Shown one piece after another: positions 43,436 through 53,872 of a stretch of DNA of 64,000 nt. Numbering within the stretch: position 1 is the stretch's first letter; the number at the start of each line of letters is the position of its first letter. The notes under the pieces are model-generated. The model saw only the letters and a program-made list of their open reading frames with translations, did no database searches and was not told the origin of the DNA. Source of the DNA: a bacterium (GTDB lineage Bacteria > SAR324 > NAC60-12); contig CBDBHR010000029.1 in assembly GCA_965205865.1 (NCBI GenBank), forward strand, positions 608,001 through 672,000, in the 5' to 3' direction. The position numbers and the translations under genes are program-made.

Positions 43436-43810
43436 TTGCGCCATATCCTGATTCTCCATGTCCTGCCCAATATTATGGCGCCGATCATCATCATCTTCTC
43501 GATCAACATTGGCGGCGTCATCATTGCCGAGGCGTCGCTGAGCTTCCTCGGATTCGGGTTACCCCTCAAGATTCCCAGTTGGGGAGGAATGCTCAGCCGG
43601 GAAGGGCGTCAGTTCATGGAGATTGCCCCCCGGCTGGCGCTCTGGCCGGGGCTTTGTCTGACTCTTGTCGTCTACTCCCTCAACATGTTCGGCGACGCGG
43701 TGAGAGACCTGCTCGATCCCCGGTTGAGGGGCAGTGGGGGCCGTTATAGCACCACGATGAAACGCAAACGAGGCCTCCTGGCCCGACTGATCAACCCTTT
43801 CAATGGGTAA
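43436..43810 (+). pseudogene. C-terminal fragment of a DppC-like permease
   Basis: Begins mid-protein (HVLPNIMAP) right after CTGACCCCATTT. Confidence 0.88.
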
Positions 43811-43917
43811 TCAGAAAAATGAAAATAGCCTTTGCTCTTTCAAAGTAGTAGGGTTAAAATCATACTGCTCGATACAGCGGATCACTCAGCACTTTAAAAT
43901 CTATAAGGAGTATATGT

Positions 43918-44130
43918 ATGCCTACTTACATAACCCCGCTTGATACAAAAGAGGATGCCCTTGAAGTCGTCGGCGGTAAAGGCCGATCGCTTGCCAAATT
44001 GGCAAACACCGGTTTTCAAGTCCCTGGCGGTTTTCAGATAACCACGGCGGCTTATCGGCGTTTTGTCGCTGATAACGGCCTGCAGGAACAAATCATTGAT
44101 TTAGCCAAGCCCGCTGTCGTCGAGGGGAGA
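43918..44130 (+). pseudogene. N-terminal fragment of a PEP/pyruvate-binding (PPDK/PEP synthase-like) protein
   Basis: AAGGAG RBS; VGGKGRSLAKL...VPGGFQITT; similarity lost at an AT-rich palindrome at ~44127-44168. Confidence 0.8.
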
Positions 44131-44257
44131 GCTTTGATAAAATATTTTAAATTTTATGCGAAAGGCTCCTCAGTGAACTGCGGGAACGTGGTAAGTGAAC
44201 TCACCATGAGACAGACCCCGGTGCTGTGAGCGCAAACCTTAATCTTGAGTAAGACAA

Positions 44258-45100
44258 ATGGAAGCAACACTTGAACTCAATCAATACCTTTATGACCTCT
44301 AGGGCTACCTCGTCATCGAAGACGTGCTCACTAAGTTGCAGGTCGAGGAATTAAATGCGCTCATTGACGAGCGATTTCCCCCCTTTCCGGACAACTGGCG
44401 CGAGATCGTCCAAAAAGATCCTCAGGAAGCCATTCGCTTTTATCGATTTGGGATGGCCGGCGGTTCGCATGAGACCGGGCCGGGCTTTCTGGAGTGGGGC
44501 CAATCGTTTCTCGATTTAGTCGATCATCCGGTCGTCATGCAAATCCTGCGTTTGCAGTTAGGGGATTGTTTTCGCTTAGATCGGATCTTTGGGATGCGCA
44601 TGGAAAAGGGGATGCCGAACGGACGTTTGCATTCGGACTATGGGCACTCGGAACCCTATACCCGTGCCCAACCGAGTCAGTATTACGTTCAGCCAGCCTA
44701 TCAAGCGTTGCATGGCTTTGGTGTGGTGGTGTTCAATTTAACAGACAGTGGGCCCGAGACTGGAGGCTTGCGACTCATTCCAGGAAGTCACAACAGCCAC
44801 TTCAAGCTACCGGAGCAGATTCGCAACGAAGAATATGCCGACGTCGTGATCAGCCCGCGAGCGCCAGCAGGGAGTGTTACAATATTTTCAGAAGCAACCA
44901 CCCACGGCACAGCTTCATGGCAAACCGATCATGAACGCCGGACACTGCTCTACAAATACTGTGCGTCCCAATTGACCTATGCGCGCACCCGGGTCACAGC
45001 CCCCGAAGGACTCCTCTTGAGCAAACGTCAGCAACGCCTTTTAGAATCACCTGCAGCGGCCCATTCGTTCTTTCCCTCACTGTTCGACGAGAAAAGATAG
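44258..45100 (+). pseudogene. phytanoyl-CoA dioxygenase (PhyH) family protein with in-frame TAG at 44300
   Basis: YLYDL*GYLVIEDVL, LHSD, GGLRLIPGSH, THG, RRTL. Confidence 0.8.
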
Positions 45101-45184
45101 TCTCTGAAACAACCCGTCGAATATCTGAAAGAATGAGTGTGATATCCTCGACATTAAAGGAAGGGAGCATTCTTTTGAGCAAAT

Positions 45185-45562
45185 GTGTATTTTCTGGCAG
45201 CCAGGGCCGTGGGCGTCCCCATGTACCAAATCCTCTTCCGGCATGTGCTGCCCAACATCATGGCGCCCATGATCGTCATCTTCACCGTGACCATTGGCGA
45301 CGTGATCATTGCCGAGGCCTCCCTGAGCTTCCTCGGTCTTGGGCTTCCCCCCGATGTCACCAGCTGGGGGGGGATGCTCAGTTGGGAAGGACGCCGATAC
45401 ATGGAGAGGGTCCCGGCGCTGGCTCTCTGGCCCGGGCTTTCCCTGTGCATCGTTGTCTGGGGCACCAACTTGTTCGGCGACGCGTTGAGAGACCTGCTCG
45501 ACCCCAGCCTGAGGGGTGGTGTCGGGCGCTTTGGAGCCGCGAAGATGAAGAAGGCTCTATGA
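45185..45562 (+). pseudogene. C-terminal fragment of a DppC-like permease
   Basis: YFLAARAVG...RHVLPN...GDALRDLLDP; N-terminal part absent. Confidence 0.85.
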
Positions 45563-45651
45563 AATAACCTAAGGACGCCAACCTCCAGCGCTGCGGCCGG
45601 TCACCGGTGACGCAGTCCAAAACATTATCATTTAGAAAGGTAGGGATACTC

Positions 45652-46563
45652 ATGACTGATTTTAAAGCAATCGCCTCCTCGCTCGAGGAACAGGGCTTCT
45701 GCGTTATCCCGGAATTCCTGAGCCGTGAAGAGATCGACTTCCTCGTGGAAGAATTCGATGCAAGCCCAGACTATGGTCCGGAATCCGTGGCCACAGCGCG
45801 AATTGGGCGAAAAGAAGCCTTCGCAAAAATGCGTCCTCGCATGGAAGCGTTCGCCCAGGAGATCACCGGAGCCAAGGCCGCGCTCTATCAAATGCAATAT
45901 TTCCAAACTCCAGTAATCAACCACCCCTTTCATCAGGATCACGATCAATTTTTCATGACGGAGTACAATCGGACAAATCTCAATTCCTGGATTCCGTTGG
46001 TCAAGCCCTCGCGCACCGAGTGGGGACTGCACCTGATTCCCTTTGATCGGCTTGGCGAAAATTCGCCGCGACTCTTCAACCTCTGTCGGCGCTCAGGCGC
46101 GAGTAGACTGCTCTCGCTTCGTGGTGGGGGGACCTTTTACATCTCCGACTGGAGCGAGGTCACCTGGATCGAGGAGGGCCTCGAAGTCGAGGAGGTCATG
46201 GAGACGCCAGAGGTGGGCCCCGGCGACATGCTGCTGATGCGCTTCAACGTAATCCACGCGACACAGAGCAAGAATAGGAAGTGGATTCACCCAATCGATG
46301 CTACGCCTATGCCCGCCGCGACACAGACGACCGAGGATCGGCGCATCGCTGTGGCGTTACGCACTTGCGATCCGGAGACGCCGATCGACTGGCATCGGGT
46401 GGCCGCCAGTCACACACCGGTAAAAATTCTTGATCTCGTGACCGGAAGCCAGCAATCGGACCGGCATAGGTTGAATTTCACGGCTTTTCGACACAACCGG
46501 GAAAACAACTTCGGCACCACTCTGGGGGACATCGTGCCGACCCTGACTGGTGTGCGGGACTGA
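45652..46563 (+). CDS. PhyH-like 2OG-Fe(II) dioxygenase
   Basis: EQGFCVIPEFL, FHQD, WIPL, PGDMLL...IHAT. Confidence 0.75.
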   Translation: MTDFKAIASSLEEQGFCVIPEFLSREEIDFLVEEFDASPDYGPESVATARIGRKEAFAKMRPRMEAFAQEITGAKAALYQMQYFQTPVINHPFHQDHDQFFMTEYNRTNLNSWIPLVKPSRTEWGLHLIPFDRLGENSPRLFNLCRRSGASRLLSLRGGGTFYISDWSEVTWIEEGLEVEEVMETPEVGPGDMLLMRFNVIHATQSKNRKWIHPIDATPMPAATQTTEDRRIAVALRTCDPETPIDWHRVAASHTPVKILDLVTGSQQSDRHRLNFTAFRHNRENNFGTTLGDIVPTLTGVRD

Positions 46564-46587
46564 AAATCCGGGGACAGTTACTAATTT

Positions 46588-47523
46588 TTAAATGCTGGGA
46601 TCGGAATCTTTATCTTGGAGGAGAACACGGAGCCGTTCGACTTCCGCAAGAGCTTTTTCTTCTCTTTGCAAGGCGTCTTCTTTTTGTTGCCGCTCTTTTT
46701 CTTTTTGTTGTCGCTCTTTTTCTTCTCTTTGCAAGGCGTCTTCTTTTTGTTGTCGCTCTTTTTCTTCTCTTTGCAAGGCGTCTTCTTTTTGTTGTCGCTC
46801 TTTTTCTTTTTGTTGTCGCTCTTGTTGGAAGCTTTTCAGGAGGAACGGCTGGTAGAGGGGATCATCGATTAATTTTTCAAAGGCCACCTGTTTTTCTAAA
46901 TCCTGAAGACGAAATGCGAATCGATCCAAAACCCTGGAATGAATCACGCCGGGCTCTTTGCTCTTCATCCTTTCATAAACCCCCTGCTCATTGAGAGCAT
47001 AGAAGGCGGTATGCTTGCGCAAACGGTCTAATATATAATATTCCGCTACCCCCGCTTTGGCGTATTCTTCTTTTTTGTGAATCGTATCCCGTTCCACCTC
47101 CGAGGGAGTCGAGTCGGATAAAAACTCTATACAGAGGTCACACACCCCATGAAACGAACGATCCAACTGTTTGGCCTCGACAGGATTGGAGTGAAGAATC
47201 ACGGCCAGATCCGGTTTGCGAATACTCACCTTTTTCTTTCCCAGTTCCAAACGAAAGCCCATTTCCAATGCCATGATTCGCCCTTGAGGGAAGACGGTTA
47301 AATATTCTTCTAATAAGCGCAAGAACCATTGATACAGGGAGATGCTTAAAAAATCTGGCATGGGCTTTTCCTCCAAGAGTCCATTGTTCCATTCATATTG
47401 ACTATCCGGGTGTTCATAGTACGTCTTCCAATACTCTGCCTCACTCACCCTGAGGGGCTCCCTGGCAGATGGAGGAAACCGTGTAGGAGTGGTGTTGTTT
47501 TTGATGGATTCTAAAGAAGCCAT
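46588..47523 (-). CDS. Uma2-family endonuclease with a repetitive coiled-coil tail
   Basis: YEWNNG, RKPDL, DLCIEFLS.S, KKEEYAKAGVAEYYILD; tandem ERQQKE/DALQREEK repeats. Confidence 0.88.
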   Translation of the reverse strand: MASLESIKNNTTPTRFPPSAREPLRVSEAEYWKTYYEHPDSQYEWNNGLLEEKPMPDFLSISLYQWFLRLLEEYLTVFPQGRIMALEMGFRLELGKKKVSIRKPDLAVILHSNPVEAKQLDRSFHGVCDLCIEFLSDSTPSEVERDTIHKKEEYAKAGVAEYYILDRLRKHTAFYALNEQGVYERMKSKEPGVIHSRVLDRFAFRLQDLEKQVAFEKLIDDPLYQPFLLKSFQQERQQKEKERQQKEDALQREEKERQQKEDALQREEKERQQKEKERQQKEDALQREEKALAEVERLRVLLQDKDSDPSI

Positions 47524-48012
47524 GAGGTCCTCAATGGGAATGAGAAGTGAAATTTGTGGTCTTTTTAACAGGATAACATAGTGTGAGGAGGACTGCAATT
47601 TTCCATTTTTGTAATTCGGAGGCGCATTCATCGGTGAGTTGCTATATTCAAACAAAAAAAGCTTGACCCCTTCTGAAGCCTCAAAGAGGGTTAAAGAATT
47701 TCTGCTGGTCTTTTGTTTTCTTTTTTGATAATTTTCAACGAAAATGCCTTTAGTTGAAGGTTTTATTTCAATTTCGCTACTTATTTAGCCGAAAGTCATG
47801 TAAAATATTATATTCTCCCCAGAGGATTTTTAGAAACTGTCAACTGGGAATGGAAAAGTGCAAAAAATGTTGACTTCTGTATCTTAACATGAAAAAGTCT
47901 TTTCGTTGATCATCAGAAGACACTCCTGAATGAGTCGCCCTACTTAAAAAAAGTTTGACAAACGTTTGCGGAGCGATTATAGTTTCTACCAAGGATAAAA
48001 GGGCAAATGCGA

Positions 48013-49764
48013 CCCTGCAATTAGCAGTGTACCATCAAACATGGAAATGTAATAGTACTTGAATAGTTAACCCAGTTTCAACATTTTAACCTAGATCACC
48101 AATTGACCATGAAAAACAAAGAGTAGCGCAAGATCGGCAAGAACGTTTTTTTAAAAAAATCCATTTGAGCCAGTTGATTTCCATCAGTCCTTGCGCAAGC
48201 AGGCTTGATTCCGCCCTCCATTAGTCGTCAAATTTTTTCACAAAGAAGGGATTGTTTCGCGGGACAGAGCAGACCGTAGATCATCGGCGTGGCGCCATTT
48301 GGGTCTTTATGACGCGGTGTATCCATGGTCATTTTGAAACGGTGGTCGGCATTGTTCTGGCGACCCATGCGATTCGTTCGATTGTGACAGTTTGGAACGA
48401 CCGTGTTCTTGAGTCGTGTGGCCGGTTTTTGAGGATTCCGGATGAAACCACATTCGGCCGGATTTTACTGCGTACTTTCACACAGAAAAAGTCGCATGAG
48501 ATGGCCGAGCTTGAACCATCGGATTCGAGCCGGTATCTGGCGTAAGGCACTTCGAAGTGGGACAAGCATCGTTGGGGTGTTACACTGTCTTGTGATTGAC
48601 GTGGACTCGCACTGTGAAAACGGCCTGTTGGCAAGCCAAGGAGTGTCTGTCGGATATAATCCACACAAACGCAGGTGCAGCTTCGTCAATCATCCTCTGC
48701 TGACCGCATTTTGGCCATACTCAAAGGAGATTCTTCAGGGTTGGCTTCGTGATGTGAGTGCCTATACCAAAAATGGAGTCGTTGACTCCTTCATCTCAAA
48801 GAGGGTGCGGCAACTTCTCGAGTCACCTTCCAAATCGGACTCGCACTCTGTTTCGTGGAGACAGTGGTTTTTTTGTGGGGGACCATTGCTGGATTTCCTC
48901 GAAGAACGAGGCCATGGCTATCTGATCAAGGTCAAACTCAAGGGGCTTGTCTCGTTGTTGGAAACCCAAAAATGGCAAAAAGTGAAAGCCCGCTTGGGAA
49001 GGGTTTGAGTGATTAGCCACCAATCGTGAAACTTCGAGGAGGTCAAGAAAATTCATGGCCGTACGCAGGGAGAAAGAGGAGGAACTGTCTCAAAGGGATG
49101 GCCACCCTCTTTGAAGATGAAGAAGTACGATGAATTTTTGCTGGTTATGCACTCATCACTGAAGCTCACTCCCTGGCAGGCTCACAAAGAGTATGGCCAA
49201 AGGGCGGTCGCTGAGACATGGATGAGGAAGCAAAAAATCAAACTGCGCTGGTGGGGATTAAATCCGACATTTTTGGGCCAACAGTGCCTTGTTGCTTGCG
49301 CGATAGGCTCGTTTTCAACACGCTGGAGTCCACGTCCCTTTGTAGTGTAAACGCAATACTGCGCTTGGGAACCGGCCACCATGCGCACCTATCTTGTCCG
49401 AATGGCAGGAAAATGGACGATGGCGCTCGTCAACAAAAACTGAGAGTTCCGGAAAGAACACTTTACAATGCTCAATGGGATGCATGGAATCGCTGTTGGA
49501 GAGACCTGGAACCTTTGTTTCACTCAATACATTTTGCTGAGATGTAGTTCCAAATCCAGGGACAAGTACGTCTTGAATCTTGTGCGCCACCAAGCGGGTA
49601 TCAGACCATCGACAAAATATGACGCGTCTAATGGAGGGCGGAAAAACCTTTATGATCAAGGACTGATGGAAATTCAACTCTCAAATCCTTTTTTTAAAAA
49701 AACCCGGAATCAAAGAGGGGTCAGGTCTCTGCCTCAATGGCAAAATATTCAATTGCAGGATTTA
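48013..49764 (+). mobile_element. garbled IS1380 copy, probably a consensus artefact mixing both orientations
   Basis: Dense indels; patches of the opposite-strand IS sequence are interleaved. Confidence 0.75.
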
Positions 49765-49885
49765 TCTTGGTACTATAGTTTCTTCCAAGGATAAAAGGGC
49801 AATATGCGACCCTTCACTTTGCAGTCGTACCATCAAGAGGACATGAGTTTGAAATTAACCCGTTTCAAATATAAAATAAAAAAAA

Positions 49886-50085
49886 TTGACAAGAGGTTAA
49901 AATGAGAGTACGATCCCGGCACCCGCGCACCTAGCCCCTAGTTCCAAGTTTCCATTCTCAAGTTCTCAGTTCCAAGCACCAAGCACCAAGTTCCCCATCC
50001 CAAGTTCTACCCCCTTATCTCATCTTGACGGCGACGCCCAGTCCGAGGGGAAGAGATCCTTCAGATTCCTCGTTCCCCGTTCCAG
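49886..50085 (+). promoter_or_regulatory. sigma70 promoter + heptamer tract + structured leader, copy 3
   Basis: TTGACA-17bp-TACGAT; heptamers; core ATCTTGAC...GTCCGAGGGGAAGAGATCCTT. Confidence 0.7.
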
Positions 50086-50220
50086 GATTGGAACGTCACG
50101 GGGGAATTTGGACATCATCGACGCCTGAGTGCGTCTTTTTTTCATGCATTTCTTATCAGGAGCAGCCTATGGTGAAATGAAGTAAGCCGAAAATGAATTT
50201 TTATTCCTTCAACCTAAATA

Positions 50221-52538
50221 GTGCTTGGCCGAAAAATACTCAAATTGCTGATATTAAATGACAATTCTTCAATTTCACAGGATGAAGATTGGTTTGATGC
50301 AGTGTTCAGATGGCCAAAATCAGCAAAAAATGGGATTTTTATGAGTTTCTCCAAAATCTTCGTTTCTTGAAAATAGGTGAATACCATTAAATATCATGTA
50401 AAGTCTTTCATTAATTATATCAAGATGATAAACTGATACTTGTGACGCGAAGATTTGAGAAAACCCGAGTGCGCGCCACCTCGCATGAAGGGTCAATCGT
50501 TGCAGTTACAGTATCTTCGGACTGGTTTCTTTCGTTTTTCCGTAAATCTTCAAGATTTGAAATTTTATGCGCACCATAGGTGACCCCCAGATGAAGTTCG
50601 GCGAAGTCGACATTGCCGCCATCGAGTTGGATCTAAAATCCCGTGATGACATCCCCCCTATCCTTCGCGGTTTGCAATACATATACGCCACGCCAGCATT
50701 ACGCGCATCGGTATTCAAGGTTCTGGAACGAGTCATCCCCTCGCGAAGCGGTCCGGGCCTGAGCAACGAAGACAGGCATCGCAAAGCGGACCCCCGTCTT
50801 GGGCGTCCCGGGATGGAGCAGTGGAAGATTCTGGTGCTTGGCGTACTGCGCCTGGGTCTCAACACCGATTACGACCGCATCCATGAGTTGGCTAACCATC
50901 ACGACACCATCCGGCAGATGCTCGGACATGGTGGGTGGGAGGACAAAACGACATACAACCGGCAGACTATCAAGGATAACCTGCGTCTTTTCACACCTGA
51001 GATTCTCGATGAGATCAATCAGTTGGTTGTCAAAGCCGGACATGGGCTGGTAAAAAAAAACGCCCCAAAAGATGGGCCAACCCGAATTCGCACGGAGAAG
51101 AAGATTGAACTTCATGATTCAAGCAAGGCGCTACGTGCACGCTGCGACTCCTTTGTGGTTGAAACCAATGTACATTATCCGACCGACATCAACCTGCTCT
51201 TCGACGCCGTACGCAAGACGGTTGAAGAATGCGCCAGGCTTTCACGGAGTTGCCAGTTGGAGGGCTGGCGACAATATCGGTTCAACCTCAGGCAGTTCAA
51301 AAAGCAGTATCGTCTCATCCAAAAGCTCAGGCTCTCCACTTCGAAAGTTGAGCAAATAAAGCGTGCCCGTGAAGATAAAGAGGCGCAAGGAATATCTCAA
51401 ATACGTCCTCATGGCCAATGGGTATCAACTGCGAGTCCGGACAAGCCTGGAACTTTTGGAAAAACGGGTGCGCTCCTCCAAACTGCTACGCTTGCGGGAG
51501 TACATGGGCTATGCAAAAAAACTCATGAGCCAAATCATCCGCAGGGTGCGCTTCAACGAAACCATCCCTCATCATGAAAAAATCTTCTCCATCTTCGAGC
51601 CCCACACCGAGTGGATCAGCAAGGGCAAGGTGGGAGTGCCGGTGGAACTCGGACTCAGGGTCAACCTCATTGAGGACCAGGATCAATTCATCCTTCACCA
51701 TCAGGTGATGCGCAGGCAGACCGATGAGAAGGTGGCCGTGGAAATCGTCGAAGAAACCAAAAAACGCTTCCCCGAGCTTGCGGTCGTGAGTTGGGACAAG
51801 GGCGCTCACAGCCCACAGAATCAGCGTGAACTCAAAGCACTGCTGGATCTTGTCGTGCTTCCCAAAAAAGGCAAGTTGAGCAAAGCAGACCGGCAGAGAG
51901 AAGATTCCCGGGAATTCAAACTCCTGCGCCGCCAACACTCTGCGGTCGAATCCGCCATCAACGCTCTGGAAGTGCACGGACTCGACCGATGTCCGGATCA
52001 TGGAATCAAGGGGTTCGAACGCTATGTCGCTCTGGCTGTGCTTGCAAAAAACATCCACCGTCTCGGCACCGTCCTGCGTGAACAGCAAAAAGAACGGCAG
52101 CGTCGTAAACGAGGACCCTGCAAAAAAGCGGCCTGAACCCAAGAGTGACTCCCCATTCTGAAACAAGAGGGGAGGCCGGGAGAGGGGGCGAGTGTCCAAA
52201 AATAGAGGGGGTAACAAAAAATTAGGGATCCCAAAGAAAAATAGCTTCAATTCTCTAAAATCTCGACTTTGAACATTTTATTCAACTTTTGGGTTTAATA
52301 AAATCAATGTCTTACGAATCTGTATTGGAATTAATACAGGTCGTGTCATCAAAAATGGAAAACAGTAACCTGTATTAATTTTTTACAGAATTTCAACCAA
52401 TTGATATTATTGAATAATGAAAATTAAAAGAATAAATCGAATATCCAAAGTCCAGCTAAAATATGGCTTGTTCAAAAACAAATGTTCTCGCGGGTTCTAC
52501 ACCTCCTATTAGTAAAATTGTATTTTTCTGTCAGGCAC
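50221..52538 (+). mobile_element. ISNCY-like IS
   Basis: Imperfect TIRs GTGCTTGGCCGAAAAATAC / GTGCCTGACAGAAAAATAC. Confidence 0.7.
50567..52136 (+). pseudogene. ISNCY-family transposase, frameshifted near 51360
   Basis: RCDSFVVETNVHYPTD in ORF1; SIFEPHTEWISKGK, SWDKG, HSAVESAIN in ORF2. Confidence 0.85.
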
Positions 52539-53175
52539 TATTTATGCGGCTATTACGGGAGCTACTAATACACCCTGCAGGAAGAGGGTCTCTCACTCAC
52601 TCATTAGACGAAGGGTCAAGTAAAAGATAAACTATTCCAACCACAAATCAGGTAACATTTTTGTACGAAACCCTCAGAATTCGCTGCTTCAAATTGTTAT
52701 AAACGCACCATCATTTTCATTCAATGGATCTATTTCCTTCCAGTCAGAAAACACTCCAGTCATTCATCGGGATCTAGGAGGACCGGTCATCTGGGTCATC
52801 CCCAGGCCAACTGGCCCCAGAAAAACGGATGTACCTGGTTGTGTCCAAGTGGTGATACAGGCTTTTAGCTCACGAATCAGATCGTGTCCATCCCCTTGAT
52901 GGCTCACAACCAGGGCGTTGCTCAATTAGTTCAGATTCATTTGAGGGGTGGGAGACCGGTTTCCAATCAGGCTTTTGGCTCATCGTCCACCCCCATTGCT
53001 GGTTCACGGTCTCCGATTTCAATCGGTTTGAGTCTTTATTGACTTATTTAAATCCTTGAATAACACAACAACAAAGGCCTGATAAACATCTAGCAGGAGG
53101 TGAGACATCGTCCCAGATTATGGTAATATTTATTTTTCACCCATAAATATTTTTACCATAACAAGGAGATGTCTC

Positions 53176-53760
53176 ATGAGAGAATTATATGCAGGAATTG
53201 ATTTACATTCAAACAATAATTACCTTTGTATCATTGATGAAGCGGATAAGCGGCTACATGAAGTGAAATCAGAGAATAATCTAAGGGCGGTTTTGTTTGC
53301 TCTGTTTCCTTATAAAGATGATTTAGTAGGAACGGTGGTGGAATCGACGTTCAATTGGTATTGGTTAATCGACGGACTGATGGAAGCGGGATATCAGGTT
53401 CATTTGGCCAATCCAGCTAAAAATGTTCAATATTCTGGACTGAAACATAGCAATGATAAATATGACGCTTTCTGGTTGGCTCATCTTCTGCGGCTTAATA
53501 TACTGGCGGAAGGTTATATTTATCCGAAAGAAGAGCGCGCGGTTCGAAATGAAAATAGTTCCCGCTGATCTTCCTTATATGCTTAAAAATGAGGACACGA
53601 TTATGGCCTTGGAGAGCAATCTCATGATGATCCATATTCTGAAGGAACGAATAAAACAGGTGGAAAAGCGGATTCGTCAACGGATCCAATTAAAACCAGA
53701 GTTTAAAAAATTGTTAACCGTCTCAGGGATCGGAACAATCCTCGCCTTAACCGTTTGGAA
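53176..53760 (+). pseudogene. IS110-family transposase remnant (internally deleted, truncated)
   Basis: YAGIDLHS, VVEST, HLANP, NDKYDAFWLA; later LLTVSGIG. Confidence 0.85.
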
Positions 53761-53872
53761 ACTGCATTGCGGTATCGGTTACTTATGCGGGTTGAGTGCT
53801 TCCTTGCCGTATGTCTTTCTGATAATCAAGACAATCCTTCCCTTGAATTTCGAATGTGAGATCGAAAATCTT

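Noticed and set aside
44300-44302. In-frame TAG as pyrrolysine or recoding
   Set aside because: Other genes here end in TAG and similar lesions are TAA; simple nonsense mutation or error is more likely.
49716-49734. GAGGGGTCAGGTCT as another copy of the RAYT-associated motif
   Set aside because: Explained by the opposite-strand IS1380 patch GGTCAGGTCTCTGCC in the garbled region.
52560-53100. Possible IS110 non-coding (bridge-like) RNA upstream of the IS110 remnant
   Set aside because: Could not define element ends or a convincing structure by eye; the transposase is deleted.
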